64,000 bases of DNA from Patescibacteria group bacterium (GTDB lineage: Bacteria; Patescibacteriota; Patescibacteriia; 2-01-FULL-39-33). Shown here piece by piece: positions 29,524 to 36,994 of the stretch (positions are counted from its first letter, which is position 1; each line of letters starts with the position of its first letter). The stretch is from positions 173 through 64,172 of the forward strand of contig JBAZMO010000001.1 of NCBI GenBank assembly GCA_041649655.1, written 5' to 3'. The notes beneath the pieces were generated by a model that was given only the letters and a program-made list of their open reading frames with translations, was not told where the DNA came from and searched no databases. A program made the translations under genes and the position numbers.

Positions 29524-29651
29524 AAGTCGTCCTCCTTCCAGTCCGGTGTTGGGCTTTTTTGCTTTTATTCCTAATTTCATTGTCAATGAGCTGATAGTTT
29601 ATTGTAGGCCGCTTATTAATTATTGTCAAGTGTTTTTAAGGTTTTTTAGAA

Positions 29652-29684
29652 AACAAAAAATACCCATTGCTTTGCAGCAAGGGC
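29652..29684 (-). terminator. rho-independent terminator of the GC-rich three-gene operon
   Basis: Minus-strand hairpin CCCTTGCTGCAAAGCAATGGG followed by TTTTTTGTTTT. Confidence 0.55.
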
Positions 29685-29706
29685 GTGATGGTAAAAGTGC
29701 GGGTTC

Positions 29707-29904
29707 TTAGTATTCCCAGCCCCGTCCGATTAGGCCGCGCTGGGCATACCAGGCCTTCAGGGGCAGGTAGGGGAAGCGTCGCTCAAACTCGGCTCGGGAC
29801 AACCCCTCGACCAATCCTTGCCGCTTAACGCCTTCGTGGCGACGACGCAGGTGGTCGCGGGATCGATTGAGCCGGCGGGTTTCAGCTCGTCGGAGCTTAC
29901 TCAT
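29707..29904 (-). CDS. small basic protein (65 aa), third gene of a coupled operon
   Basis: MSKLRRAETRRLNRSRDHLRRRHEGVKRQGL...; its ATG overlaps the upstream stop as ATGA; GC about 60%. Confidence 0.45.
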   Translation of the reverse strand: MSKLRRAETRRLNRSRDHLRRRHEGVKRQGLVEGLSRAEFERRFPYLPLKAWYAQRGLIGRGWEY

Positions 29905-30062
29905 GAGTCGCCTTTCTGCCAAGCCCGCTTGGCTTGTTTGCGGTCATAGCCGCGTTTGCCTCTTGGCGAAGAGTGGACTTTTTCCGTCTGCCGCGGGAAA
30001 GCGCGACGGACTTTCTTGTCCAACTCGCGCAAGTTTATTGTACCGATATGGATGGTGCTCAT
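29901..30062 (-). CDS. small basic protein (53 aa), second gene of a coupled operon
   Basis: MSTIHIGTINLRELDKKVRRAFPRQTEKVHSSPRGKRGYDRKQAKRAWQKGDS; RBS GGAGAGAA; ATGA start/stop overlap with both neighbours. Confidence 0.45.
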   Translation of the reverse strand: MSTIHIGTINLRELDKKVRRAFPRQTEKVHSSPRGKRGYDRKQAKRAWQKGDS

Positions 30063-30349
30063 GTCGTTCTCTCCTTTTGCTCGAGATCCTGTTTGATCCC
30101 GAGCAGTTGCGGACACTGCTTGACCCAGAAGTCCTGCACTTGCCGTTCGGTCCGCTTGGCGGTCCATTCGGCTTTCAGCTCCGGACTCGGGATAAGCGCG
30201 GCCTTCAGTTCGGCCGGGGCGGAAGCGATCAGTTGGCCGCCGCAGGGCTTATGCACCCTGGCGACCTTGTCGTCGGCCGTCCGTACTAGCCACCGCGCGC
30301 CGTTGTTGCCGACTGTGCCGCAAAACTCGCATGTGTGTTTCTCGCTCAT
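30059..30349 (-). CDS. small zinc-ribbon-like protein (96 aa), first gene of a coupled operon
   Basis: MSEKHTCEFCG...HKPCGG cysteine pairs. Confidence 0.5.
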   Translation of the reverse strand: MSEKHTCEFCGTVGNNGARWLVRTADDKVARVHKPCGGQLIASAPAELKAALIPSPELKAEWTAKRTERQVQDFWVKQCPQLLGIKQDLEQKERTT

Positions 30350-30398
30350 GATTCTCTTCTCCTTGTGGTTGGGGTTGCAGTTTGAATGTCCGCTTCAA

Positions 30399-30417
30399 TG
30401 AACAAGTAATTTGTTCA
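30399..30417. promoter_or_regulatory. palindromic operator-like site upstream of the GC-rich operon
   Basis: TGAACAA-gtaat-TTGTTCA perfect 7-5-7 inverted repeat, about 50 nt upstream of the first gene. Confidence 0.35.
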
Positions 30418-31419
30418 CTCAAGTGGACTGCCGATTTTTTCATTTTTAGGGAAATCGGCGGAAACCTTTTTGACAGTGGAGCGGGATTTAAGCTGGCTTT
30501 TTTGCCAACCGGCCGAGCTAGTTCAGGATCGTTCCCGATACCGCCAGGCCTCTAATATCCCCGCTCCTGGGCTCGTCCAAGCCCGCCTCTTTTTCGAGGT
30601 ATAAGGCGATTTTTTCGCCCTCAGTCGAGATGTCCGACCGCGTGTTGCCGCTGTCACGGCTCACAACCGACTTTCTTGCAGGCGTTCTCGCCAGACAAGG
30701 GACTAGGTATAGTCGCAGTGGGAACCAACGCCTCTTCAGCGTTGCTTCCCGGGCGTGCTAGCACCCGTTCAGCCGTCCTCTAGCAAGGATGGTTGTCTCT
30801 CATGCAAGTTGCCCAGATTTCCGCTCGGGTCTCGCATAAGATTAGACGCGCTCCATCTGTGCGTTCCCGCAGAGATGAAGTGTTGGCAGCCAAGCCAAAC
30901 GTGCCCGGATGCCTGCGCGCATCTGCACCGGAATGTTTTCCAATCGTTTGAAAAATAATCCGGCGCAGACGCGCATCATTAGTAATCCATTATAAGGTGC
31001 CAGTCGAGATATATTACTTTTAACTTTGACCTGTTATCAATTACTTTTTTTTGGCACGACAAGTGTTGTTGCGAGTTAACACTATTAACGTCAATTAATC
31101 TTTCCGACAGCCGGGAAAAGTGGATTTTTTTCACCCCAACCGCTAAGGGCAGGGCAGAGTCCGCGAGGGACTGATCCGCTGTTTTCCAGTTAAACCGGGT
31201 TTTAGCCGGTTTTTTTGGCTAAATCGCCGTTAGCGGGCGATCGGCCAAATTCAGCTTTCAACTCTGGGTTTGTACTTGTCGGAAAGTTTTGACATTGGTT
31301 TTACCAGGTTGATAAATCAGTATATCACACGGAAATTATTTTGTCAATAGTCATTATAATTAATTATTATTTTTGTTATTATTTTAGCTAAATTTAAACA
31401 AAATAAATCATAATAATTC

Positions 31420-31437
31420 TGTCAATCATAATTGACA
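31420..31437. promoter_or_regulatory. inverted repeat TGTCAAT-cata-ATTGACA
   Basis: Perfect 7-4-7 palindrome in an AT-rich intergenic region. Confidence 0.3.
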
Positions 31438-31454
31438 ATTTGTTATTTTCCGAC

Positions 31455-31476
31455 CATGATTCATGATTCATGATTC
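31455..31476 (+). repeat. (CATGATT)3 heptamer tandem repeat
   Basis: CATGATTCATGATTCATGATTC; related TGAATCATGA motifs recur at 38874..38903. Confidence 0.7.
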
Positions 31477-31524
31477 TAAATTCATAATTCTAGCCCGCCT
31501 GTGGATAACTTTTGTTTATGCCTC

Positions 31525-31553
31525 TTGACAAAATTTATTGGGTATGCTATACT
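31525..31553 (+). promoter_or_regulatory. near-consensus sigma70 promoter
   Basis: TTGACA - 17 nt - TATACT with TGn-like upstream GC (GGTATGCTATACT). Confidence 0.6.
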
Positions 31554-31618
31554 GTTATATTGAGTCAAAAGCCGCATTGGGCGGCTGGCGATCAATGGAC
31601 ATTCAAAGGGAGAACGAA

Positions 31619-31816
31619 ATGTCGAAAAAAGCAAAATACGTGGTTGCAGTTAAAGATATTTCCACGGGGAAGATTCTTCCTGGCAAAGTTCTGGGGAGTT
31701 TTCGAGCCGAGGAATTTGCTCGACGCGATTTTTCAAAACTCGCTCAACGCGAATGCGGTTGGGCTCGCACCTATCATTGCGGTATTTTTTTTGAGGGTAA
31801 AATTGTTAGTTTCTAG
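31619..31816 (+). CDS. small hypothetical protein (66 aa)
   Basis: RBS AAAGGGAGA 6 nt upstream of the ATG; MSKKAKYVVAVKDISTGKILPGKVLGSFRAEEFARRDFSKLAQRECGWARTYHCGIFFEGKIVSF. Confidence 0.45.
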   Translation: MSKKAKYVVAVKDISTGKILPGKVLGSFRAEEFARRDFSKLAQRECGWARTYHCGIFFEGKIVSF

Positions 31817-32164
31817 TAAACCTCAACCGGTTTCTGCCGACGGCAAGGCGTCCTGAGGCAAATAGAAGCCACAACCTCAGAAAGGAGGCGGCTATGGGCA
31901 GCGGTTGACTCCAAACCCACCCTTCGCCATATTCCGGTTCTAACCTGGATATGGCGCGTGTCGGGCTCGGAGTAATCGCCGGTTCCATAGTTGTCAGCAC
32001 CGCTGCGACAGAAAGGAGAAGTATGGACGGAGTAGGATGAACTAGGTGAAAGACCTCTCATTATTAAAAAAAACGGAAAAGAGGTCGGGTAGGCCGCCAT
32101 CACCGATGGGCAGAATAAGCCAGTCCGGCGAGCGGCGAAACAAAAAAGAACATTGTTGATTCCT

Positions 32165-32208
32165 GGGGCGTTATCCGGCAGTTGCGGAGACGCCCCCTTT
32201 TTTTAAAA
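32165..32208 (+). terminator. rho-independent terminator closing the 31.5-32.2 kb transcription unit
   Basis: GGGGCG...CGCCCC stem followed by TTTTTTT. Confidence 0.5.
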
Positions 32209-32250
32209 ACCAATTTGAGTTATAATAGTAGGGACATTAACTATCATCCT

Positions 32251-33012
32251 ATGTTAATCAATGAATTGAAAAAAATCGGCTTGTCCGACAAAGAAGCCAA
32301 AGTTTATTTGGCGGCTTTGGAATTGGGCCAGGCCTCGGTCCATGACATTGCCGGCAAGGCGGGCATCAACCGTCCGACCGCTTATACGATTCTGGATTCG
32401 TTGATCAAGAAGGGTTTATGCAGCACTTATGCCGGCAAGGATAAGAAGATCCGCTACATCGCCGAGTCGCCGGAAATGATCATCAGCGTTTTGGAATTGC
32501 AGAAGCAGGAGATCGAGGCCAAGCAGAAGATGATCGATGAACTGATGCCGCAACTGCGCGCCATTTATAATCGCCAGGAGCACAAGCCGGTGGTCAGATT
32601 TTTCGAAGGCAAGGAGGGCTTGCGGGCCATGACCCAGGAGCAGATGCCGGCCAAGCCGCAATTAATCCGGTCGTTTTTTTCATTAGACGATTTGAGGCGG
32701 GTTTATTCCAAGGAAGAGGTAGACCAGGCCTATCAGAATCGGGTGAATAATAAGACCAAAGTCAAGGCCATGTTCACTTTGAAAGAAGGCGAGGATCGCT
32801 CTCGGCCCAGTCCGTTGGACGAACGCCAGCGTTTGCCGGCTGATCGTTTTCCCATCAATTGCGATGTCGCTTTTTTCGACAATAAAGTCCGCATTGCCTC
32901 GCTTAAAGACCGTTTGAACGGCGTAATCATCGAAGACAAGAATATTTACGAGACGATGGTTTCCTTGTTCGAATTGGCTTGGCTGGGCGCGCAGAGTTTG
33001 AAGAAGAAATAA
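32251..33012 (+). CDS. TrmB-like winged-helix transcriptional regulator
   Basis: N-terminal HTH LSDKEAKVYLAALELGQASVHDIAGKAGINRPTAYTILDSLIKKGL. ATG at 32251. -10 TATAAT at 32219. Confidence 0.7.
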   Translation: MLINELKKIGLSDKEAKVYLAALELGQASVHDIAGKAGINRPTAYTILDSLIKKGLCSTYAGKDKKIRYIAESPEMIISVLELQKQEIEAKQKMIDELMPQLRAIYNRQEHKPVVRFFEGKEGLRAMTQEQMPAKPQLIRSFFSLDDLRRVYSKEEVDQAYQNRVNNKTKVKAMFTLKEGEDRSRPSPLDERQRLPADRFPINCDVAFFDNKVRIASLKDRLNGVIIEDKNIYETMVSLFELAWLGAQSLKKK

Positions 33013-33020
33013 AAATTTTT

Positions 33021-34385
33021 ATGGAGAAAAAATTTAAGCATTTGGAAAAAAATTCGGATAAAAATGAGACGGCCGAAGAACAAACCAGGGTTGAAGAATT
33101 ACTGGAGAAGCTTTTTGATTCCGAGTCGATTAATAAGGTCAATGAGGGCCATCACGGCGCTATATTCGAGCTTGATTTCAGCGGGTTGTCCGAATCGGAA
33201 AAACAAGAATTTTGTCGGCATTTTCAAATACCGATTAGTGATGCCGGCGAGGTGGCCGTCAAGATGTTGAAATTGTACCAGCCCAGGGAAGCGGAAAAAG
33301 AATTCCTTGCTCAGGAAAAGGCGGTTCAAGCCGTTAATGGCCGGGAAGAGTTAAGGGCGAATGTCGGCATACCGGAATGTTATTTCGGCGGCGAGATTTC
33401 TATTTCCGGCCGGCCGTTGAAAGATAAATTGGAAGCCGCTGGCATTAATGTCGCTACTGACCATTTTGGAGTGATTATGATGGATTTTGTCAAAGGCGAG
33501 GACTTGGGCATTTATTGCTATAAGCAATTCATTAAGGCCCATTTTGATCGATTCAAGGAGTTGGCGGGCATTGAGAAAGAAGTCGCTGCCGAGGAATATG
33601 ATTTATATTTGAACGGTGAATCAATTGATAATTTGATTTTGTTTTGTCATCGTCTTCTGGGCGTACGAGCTAAGTATCATTACCTTGATGATTCGTTTGA
33701 AGCCAGGCAGGAACGCAGCGATATAGCGAATAAACTGTTGGCTGGCATCGAAAATAAGGGGCTGTTTGACCGAAGCAAAATTAAGGATTTGCGGGCGGCC
33801 ATCAGCGCTATGCATGAGCAAGGAGTTTTTCATCGCGATTTGCATTGGCGCAATATTGTGCAAGATAAGGATGGAAAGTTGTTTATCGTTGATTTTGGTT
33901 CGGCAAAAATTGTCGAGGCGGGGGTTGGTGAAATGTCGAGTATTTACCAGTCGGAAGACGGCCGTTTGATGGATAAGGACGAAGCAATTTTGAGTTTTCT
34001 TCAGCGATTATCCGTTACTGCTGAGGAGGCGGATAAAATCAAGATTGAGCGGAATTTGGCAATGGCTGTCAAGGTGAAAAATATCGCTAATCAGGATGTT
34101 TTTAAGAGCCCTAAAGAAAGAAAAATCAATAATGCTTGGATGATTCTTCAGGAGAGTGTCGGCGCCGGCTTGAAATTAGGCCAGGTCTTGAGAGAGTTCA
34201 GTAATAACTTGGGAGAATATGCAGATAGCGATCTTTCATTCGATTATCAAATTTCTGCCTTATTGCTATTGGCGGAAAATGGTTATCGGGAAAAAGTGAA
34301 GGAATTCTGCCTGGAAAAGATTTTAGATGATAAAATCAGTCCTGTGTTTTTATCAAAGTTGGTTTCATTGGAACAATCTTTGTAA
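33021..34385 (+). CDS. atypical protein-kinase-like (RIO/Kdo-kinase-like) protein
   Basis: Catalytic loop HRDLHWRNIV and metal-binding IVDFGSAK (DFG) motifs; start 9 nt after the regulator gene. Confidence 0.6.
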   Translation: MEKKFKHLEKNSDKNETAEEQTRVEELLEKLFDSESINKVNEGHHGAIFELDFSGLSESEKQEFCRHFQIPISDAGEVAVKMLKLYQPREAEKEFLAQEKAVQAVNGREELRANVGIPECYFGGEISISGRPLKDKLEAAGINVATDHFGVIMMDFVKGEDLGIYCYKQFIKAHFDRFKELAGIEKEVAAEEYDLYLNGESIDNLILFCHRLLGVRAKYHYLDDSFEARQERSDIANKLLAGIENKGLFDRSKIKDLRAAISAMHEQGVFHRDLHWRNIVQDKDGKLFIVDFGSAKIVEAGVGEMSSIYQSEDGRLMDKDEAILSFLQRLSVTAEEADKIKIERNLAMAVKVKNIANQDVFKSPKERKINNAWMILQESVGAGLKLGQVLREFSNNLGEYADSDLSFDYQISALLLLAENGYREKVKEFCLEKILDDKISPVFLSKLVSLEQSL

Positions 34386-34403
34386 TTTTTATTATTAACA
34401 AAA

Positions 34404-34436
34404 ACAGTCCGTTACTAGGCGGACTGTTTTTGTTTT
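34404..34436. terminator. bidirectional rho-independent terminator
   Basis: CAGTCCG-ttactagg-CGGACTG hairpin flanked by A-run and T-run. Confidence 0.6.
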
Positions 34437-34439
34437 GCC

Positions 34440-36110
34440 TTATTTCCCCAAGATAATCAGGACATCGCTCGCGGCTTTGAGGCCGGCGGGCGGCGGAGCG
34501 GCGCTGACGCCGGAAAGTATCTGGAGCTCGGAAACCGTCAATGAGTATTTGCCGCCGGAAAAGTCGTAGATCTTGGTCGTCGTATAACCCTTGGTCGCGG
34601 CATTGCCGGTTTTGGTCACCGTAAAACCCTTAGCTCTTAGCCGGCTGGCTTCTTTGGCCGCCCAGCCCTCGATCGTCGTGCCGTTTTGGATTTCTAATTT
34701 TGCGCCTTCGTTCTGATACGAGTAGTCCTTGGGCGCCGCCGGTTCCAGAGTGTTAAGATCGGTCGGGGCTTCATTGCCGAAAGGAATAGTTTCAGCCGGC
34801 TTGGCGGCGATTGCCGGCTCGGTTGTTTTGGTGGTGGTCGCCTTGGTTGAAGTTGGTTGGTCTTTGAATTCGGCCCACTTGGTATAATCGATTGCCGGCG
34901 TTGACGTTCCTAAGGTAAAGATATTCTGCCAGATGAAGCCGATCTTGTCGTAATTGCCGCCGTAGGGCAGCAGCACATAAGCATCGTTGACGATTTGATC
35001 GTACAATAACGGCGTTTGGCCGTTAACCAAGCTGTAATTGATCGGATCAGTCGCTTCGATATTCTTAAAAATCTTGGCTAGTTTCAAAATTTCCCACATT
35101 TCCAAGTCGGTCGAGACGTTCTCTTTGTAAGCGGTGAACAAACTGGAGATTTTGGCCGGATCAAGGATGAAGTTGTATTGGCTGATTTTTTCTTTTAGCG
35201 CAATCAGGACTTTTTGCTGGCGTTTGGAACGGGCGAAATCCGAACCCTCGGCGCCTAAGGCGTGCCGGGATCGGGAATATTTCAAGGCGGTCGCGCCGTC
35301 GAAATGCTGCCAGCCCTTCTTGATATTCAGGGTCTCGTAACGCGATTCGATCGGCCAGTCGTTTTCTCTGCCGTTGATCGGATAGGAGTAATCGATTAAA
35401 TTATTATCGACATAAACGTCAATCCCGCCGAATTCATCAATCAGTTTTTCAAAGCCGTCGAAATCAATGACGGCGTAATAATCAATTTCGACGCCGAGCA
35501 GTTCCCCGATGAATTTACCGGTTTCCTCGCCGCCCGATCCGGGTGATTTTTTTTCGGCGTAAGCGTTGACAGCGTTGATTTTGGTCCAGCCGATGCCGGC
35601 GACTTTGACGTACATGTCTCGGGGCAGGGAGAGCATGGCTAATTGCCCGGTCGATGGCTTGTAGGTGGCGAGAATCATCGTATCGGCCAGATTGCCGGCT
35701 TCATGTTCTTTGCCCCCGATTCCCATCAGTAAGAAATTAATCCGGTCATTGGCCTCGCCTTGAAGCGGCCGGTCGCTGGAAACAATCAAGCTGCCGAGTT
35801 GGCCTAAAAAATTAAGATTAGTGAAATTTTTAATCAGATTCTCATTGGAAAAGATGATTGAAGAGGAAAAGACGGCGAAAGCGATGACGGCGACAATGGC
35901 AATGCTGGCCAGCAATCTTTTAATCTTGCCCCTTTTTTTCTTTTTAAAAATCGGCCGCACTCCTGGTGAAGATTGCAGTGAGAGTTGATTGGCGGCAGCT
36001 GAACTTGGCGCCGGTGAGGCCGGTGGCGGAGAATGGCGTTCAGAATTGACAGAATTGAATTTTTCTGTTTTTTGGTCGGAGATGAAGTTTATTTTTACCG
36101 GTTCGGTCAT
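34440..36110 (-). CDS. LytR-CpsA-Psr (LCP) family cell-envelope phosphotransferase
   Basis: N-terminal TM; LCP core LLMGIGGKEHEAGNLADTMILATY...LSLPRD; C-terminal LytR_C-like domain. Confidence 0.85.
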   Translation of the reverse strand: MTEPVKINFISDQKTEKFNSVNSERHSPPPASPAPSSAAANQLSLQSSPGVRPIFKKKKRGKIKRLLASIAIVAVIAFAVFSSSIIFSNENLIKNFTNLNFLGQLGSLIVSSDRPLQGEANDRINFLLMGIGGKEHEAGNLADTMILATYKPSTGQLAMLSLPRDMYVKVAGIGWTKINAVNAYAEKKSPGSGGEETGKFIGELLGVEIDYYAVIDFDGFEKLIDEFGGIDVYVDNNLIDYSYPINGRENDWPIESRYETLNIKKGWQHFDGATALKYSRSRHALGAEGSDFARSKRQQKVLIALKEKISQYNFILDPAKISSLFTAYKENVSTDLEMWEILKLAKIFKNIEATDPINYSLVNGQTPLLYDQIVNDAYVLLPYGGNYDKIGFIWQNIFTLGTSTPAIDYTKWAEFKDQPTSTKATTTKTTEPAIAAKPAETIPFGNEAPTDLNTLEPAAPKDYSYQNEGAKLEIQNGTTIEGWAAKEASRLRAKGFTVTKTGNAATKGYTTTKIYDFSGGKYSLTVSELQILSGVSAAPPPAGLKAASDVLIILGK

Positions 36111-36380
36111 TTTTTCAGTATTTTAAAATGCCAAATAATGGTTGGCATAGGGTGTTAAACTAAAGTAGATTATAACATTATTATAATAATTACTCAAATC
36201 GCCAGTATTTCCAGCAAATTTTTTCAAGTCGGCTGTTTTTTCGGATTAGTCAGTCGGATTTTTGGCGCTGAAATGGCCTTCACCCCTTGATTTGTATGCC
36301 TCTTTTATGTTATGCTGTAGATAGTTATCAACAGGCAGCCGGCCTGTGGAAAAATGAATATTAAACCTTAATCCGCAATA

Positions 36381-36974
36381 ATGAATAATTCGATGAATAG
36401 CGACGGCTTGCCGATCGGCAAACCTAAATGGCGGGCAATTTCGGAGTTTTTTTGGGAAATGGTCCGAGTCGCCATTATTTCCTTGGTGATAATCCTGCCG
36501 GTCAGGTATTTTTTAATCCAGCCGTTTTATGTCAAAGGCGCTTCGATGGAGCCGAATTTTTATGATCATGAATATCTGATCATCGATGAAATCAGCTATC
36601 GTTTCAACCAGCCGGCGCGCGGCGACATCGTGGTTTTCAAGTATCCTAAAGATCCCAAGCAGTATTTCATCAAGCGCGTCATCGGCTTGCCCGGGGAAAA
36701 AATCAAGATTCAGGATAATAATATTTACGTTAACGGCGCTAAGCTCAATGAAACTTATCTGCCAGAGGCGGTCGAGACGATTCTGCCGCTGCGAGGCTAC
36801 GGCGATGTCGCTTTGGCTGCTGATGAATATTTTTTGTTGGGCGATAATCGCAATCAAAGTTTGGATTCACGGATTTTCGGGCCGGTCAAGCGCGATTTGA
36901 TCGTCGGCCGCACCTGGATCCGCGGTTGGCCGTTCGGCCGGATTACTGTGTTCAATACGCCGGAGTATAAGTAA
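36381..36974 (+). CDS. lepB: signal peptidase I
   Basis: Catalytic GASMEP (Ser) and KRVIGLPGE (Lys) boxes; GDNRNQSLDSR box. Confidence 0.9.
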   Translation: MNNSMNSDGLPIGKPKWRAISEFFWEMVRVAIISLVIILPVRYFLIQPFYVKGASMEPNFYDHEYLIIDEISYRFNQPARGDIVVFKYPKDPKQYFIKRVIGLPGEKIKIQDNNIYVNGAKLNETYLPEAVETILPLRGYGDVALAADEYFLLGDNRNQSLDSRIFGPVKRDLIVGRTWIRGWPFGRITVFNTPEYK

Positions 36975-36994
36975 AATTTTTAAGATATTAAGAA

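Noticed and set aside
29867-30401. Plus-strand ORFs of 140 and 155 aa in the GC-rich island
   Set aside because: They are mutually overlapping and antisense to the three translationally coupled minus-strand genes, which have RBS/ATGA-coupling support. High-GC DNA generates long spurious antisense frames.
30399-30417. LexA/Cheo-type SOS box
   Set aside because: GAAC and GTTC are separated by 9 nt, not the 4 nt of the Firmicute Cheo box (GAAC-N4-GTTC). It also does not match the CTGT-N8-ACAG of Proteobacteria.
30440-30500. tmRNA 3' end (minus strand ...GCCAGCUUAAAUCCCGCUCCAC resembles ...UUCAACUCCCGCCAGCUCCACCA)
   Set aside because: The sequence preceding the putative T-loop (GCCAGC) cannot pair with the following CCCGC to form a T-stem. 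No 5' GGGG-acceptor partner or tag-peptide reading frame ending in ALAA-stop was found nearby.
30420-30995. RNase P RNA
   Set aside because: The only P4-like string (AGAAAGUCGGUUGUGAGCC on the minus strand) is in the middle of the region rather than near the 5' end. The universally conserved GGAAAGUCCGGGCUCC and ACAGAAcccGGCUUA pair is absent.
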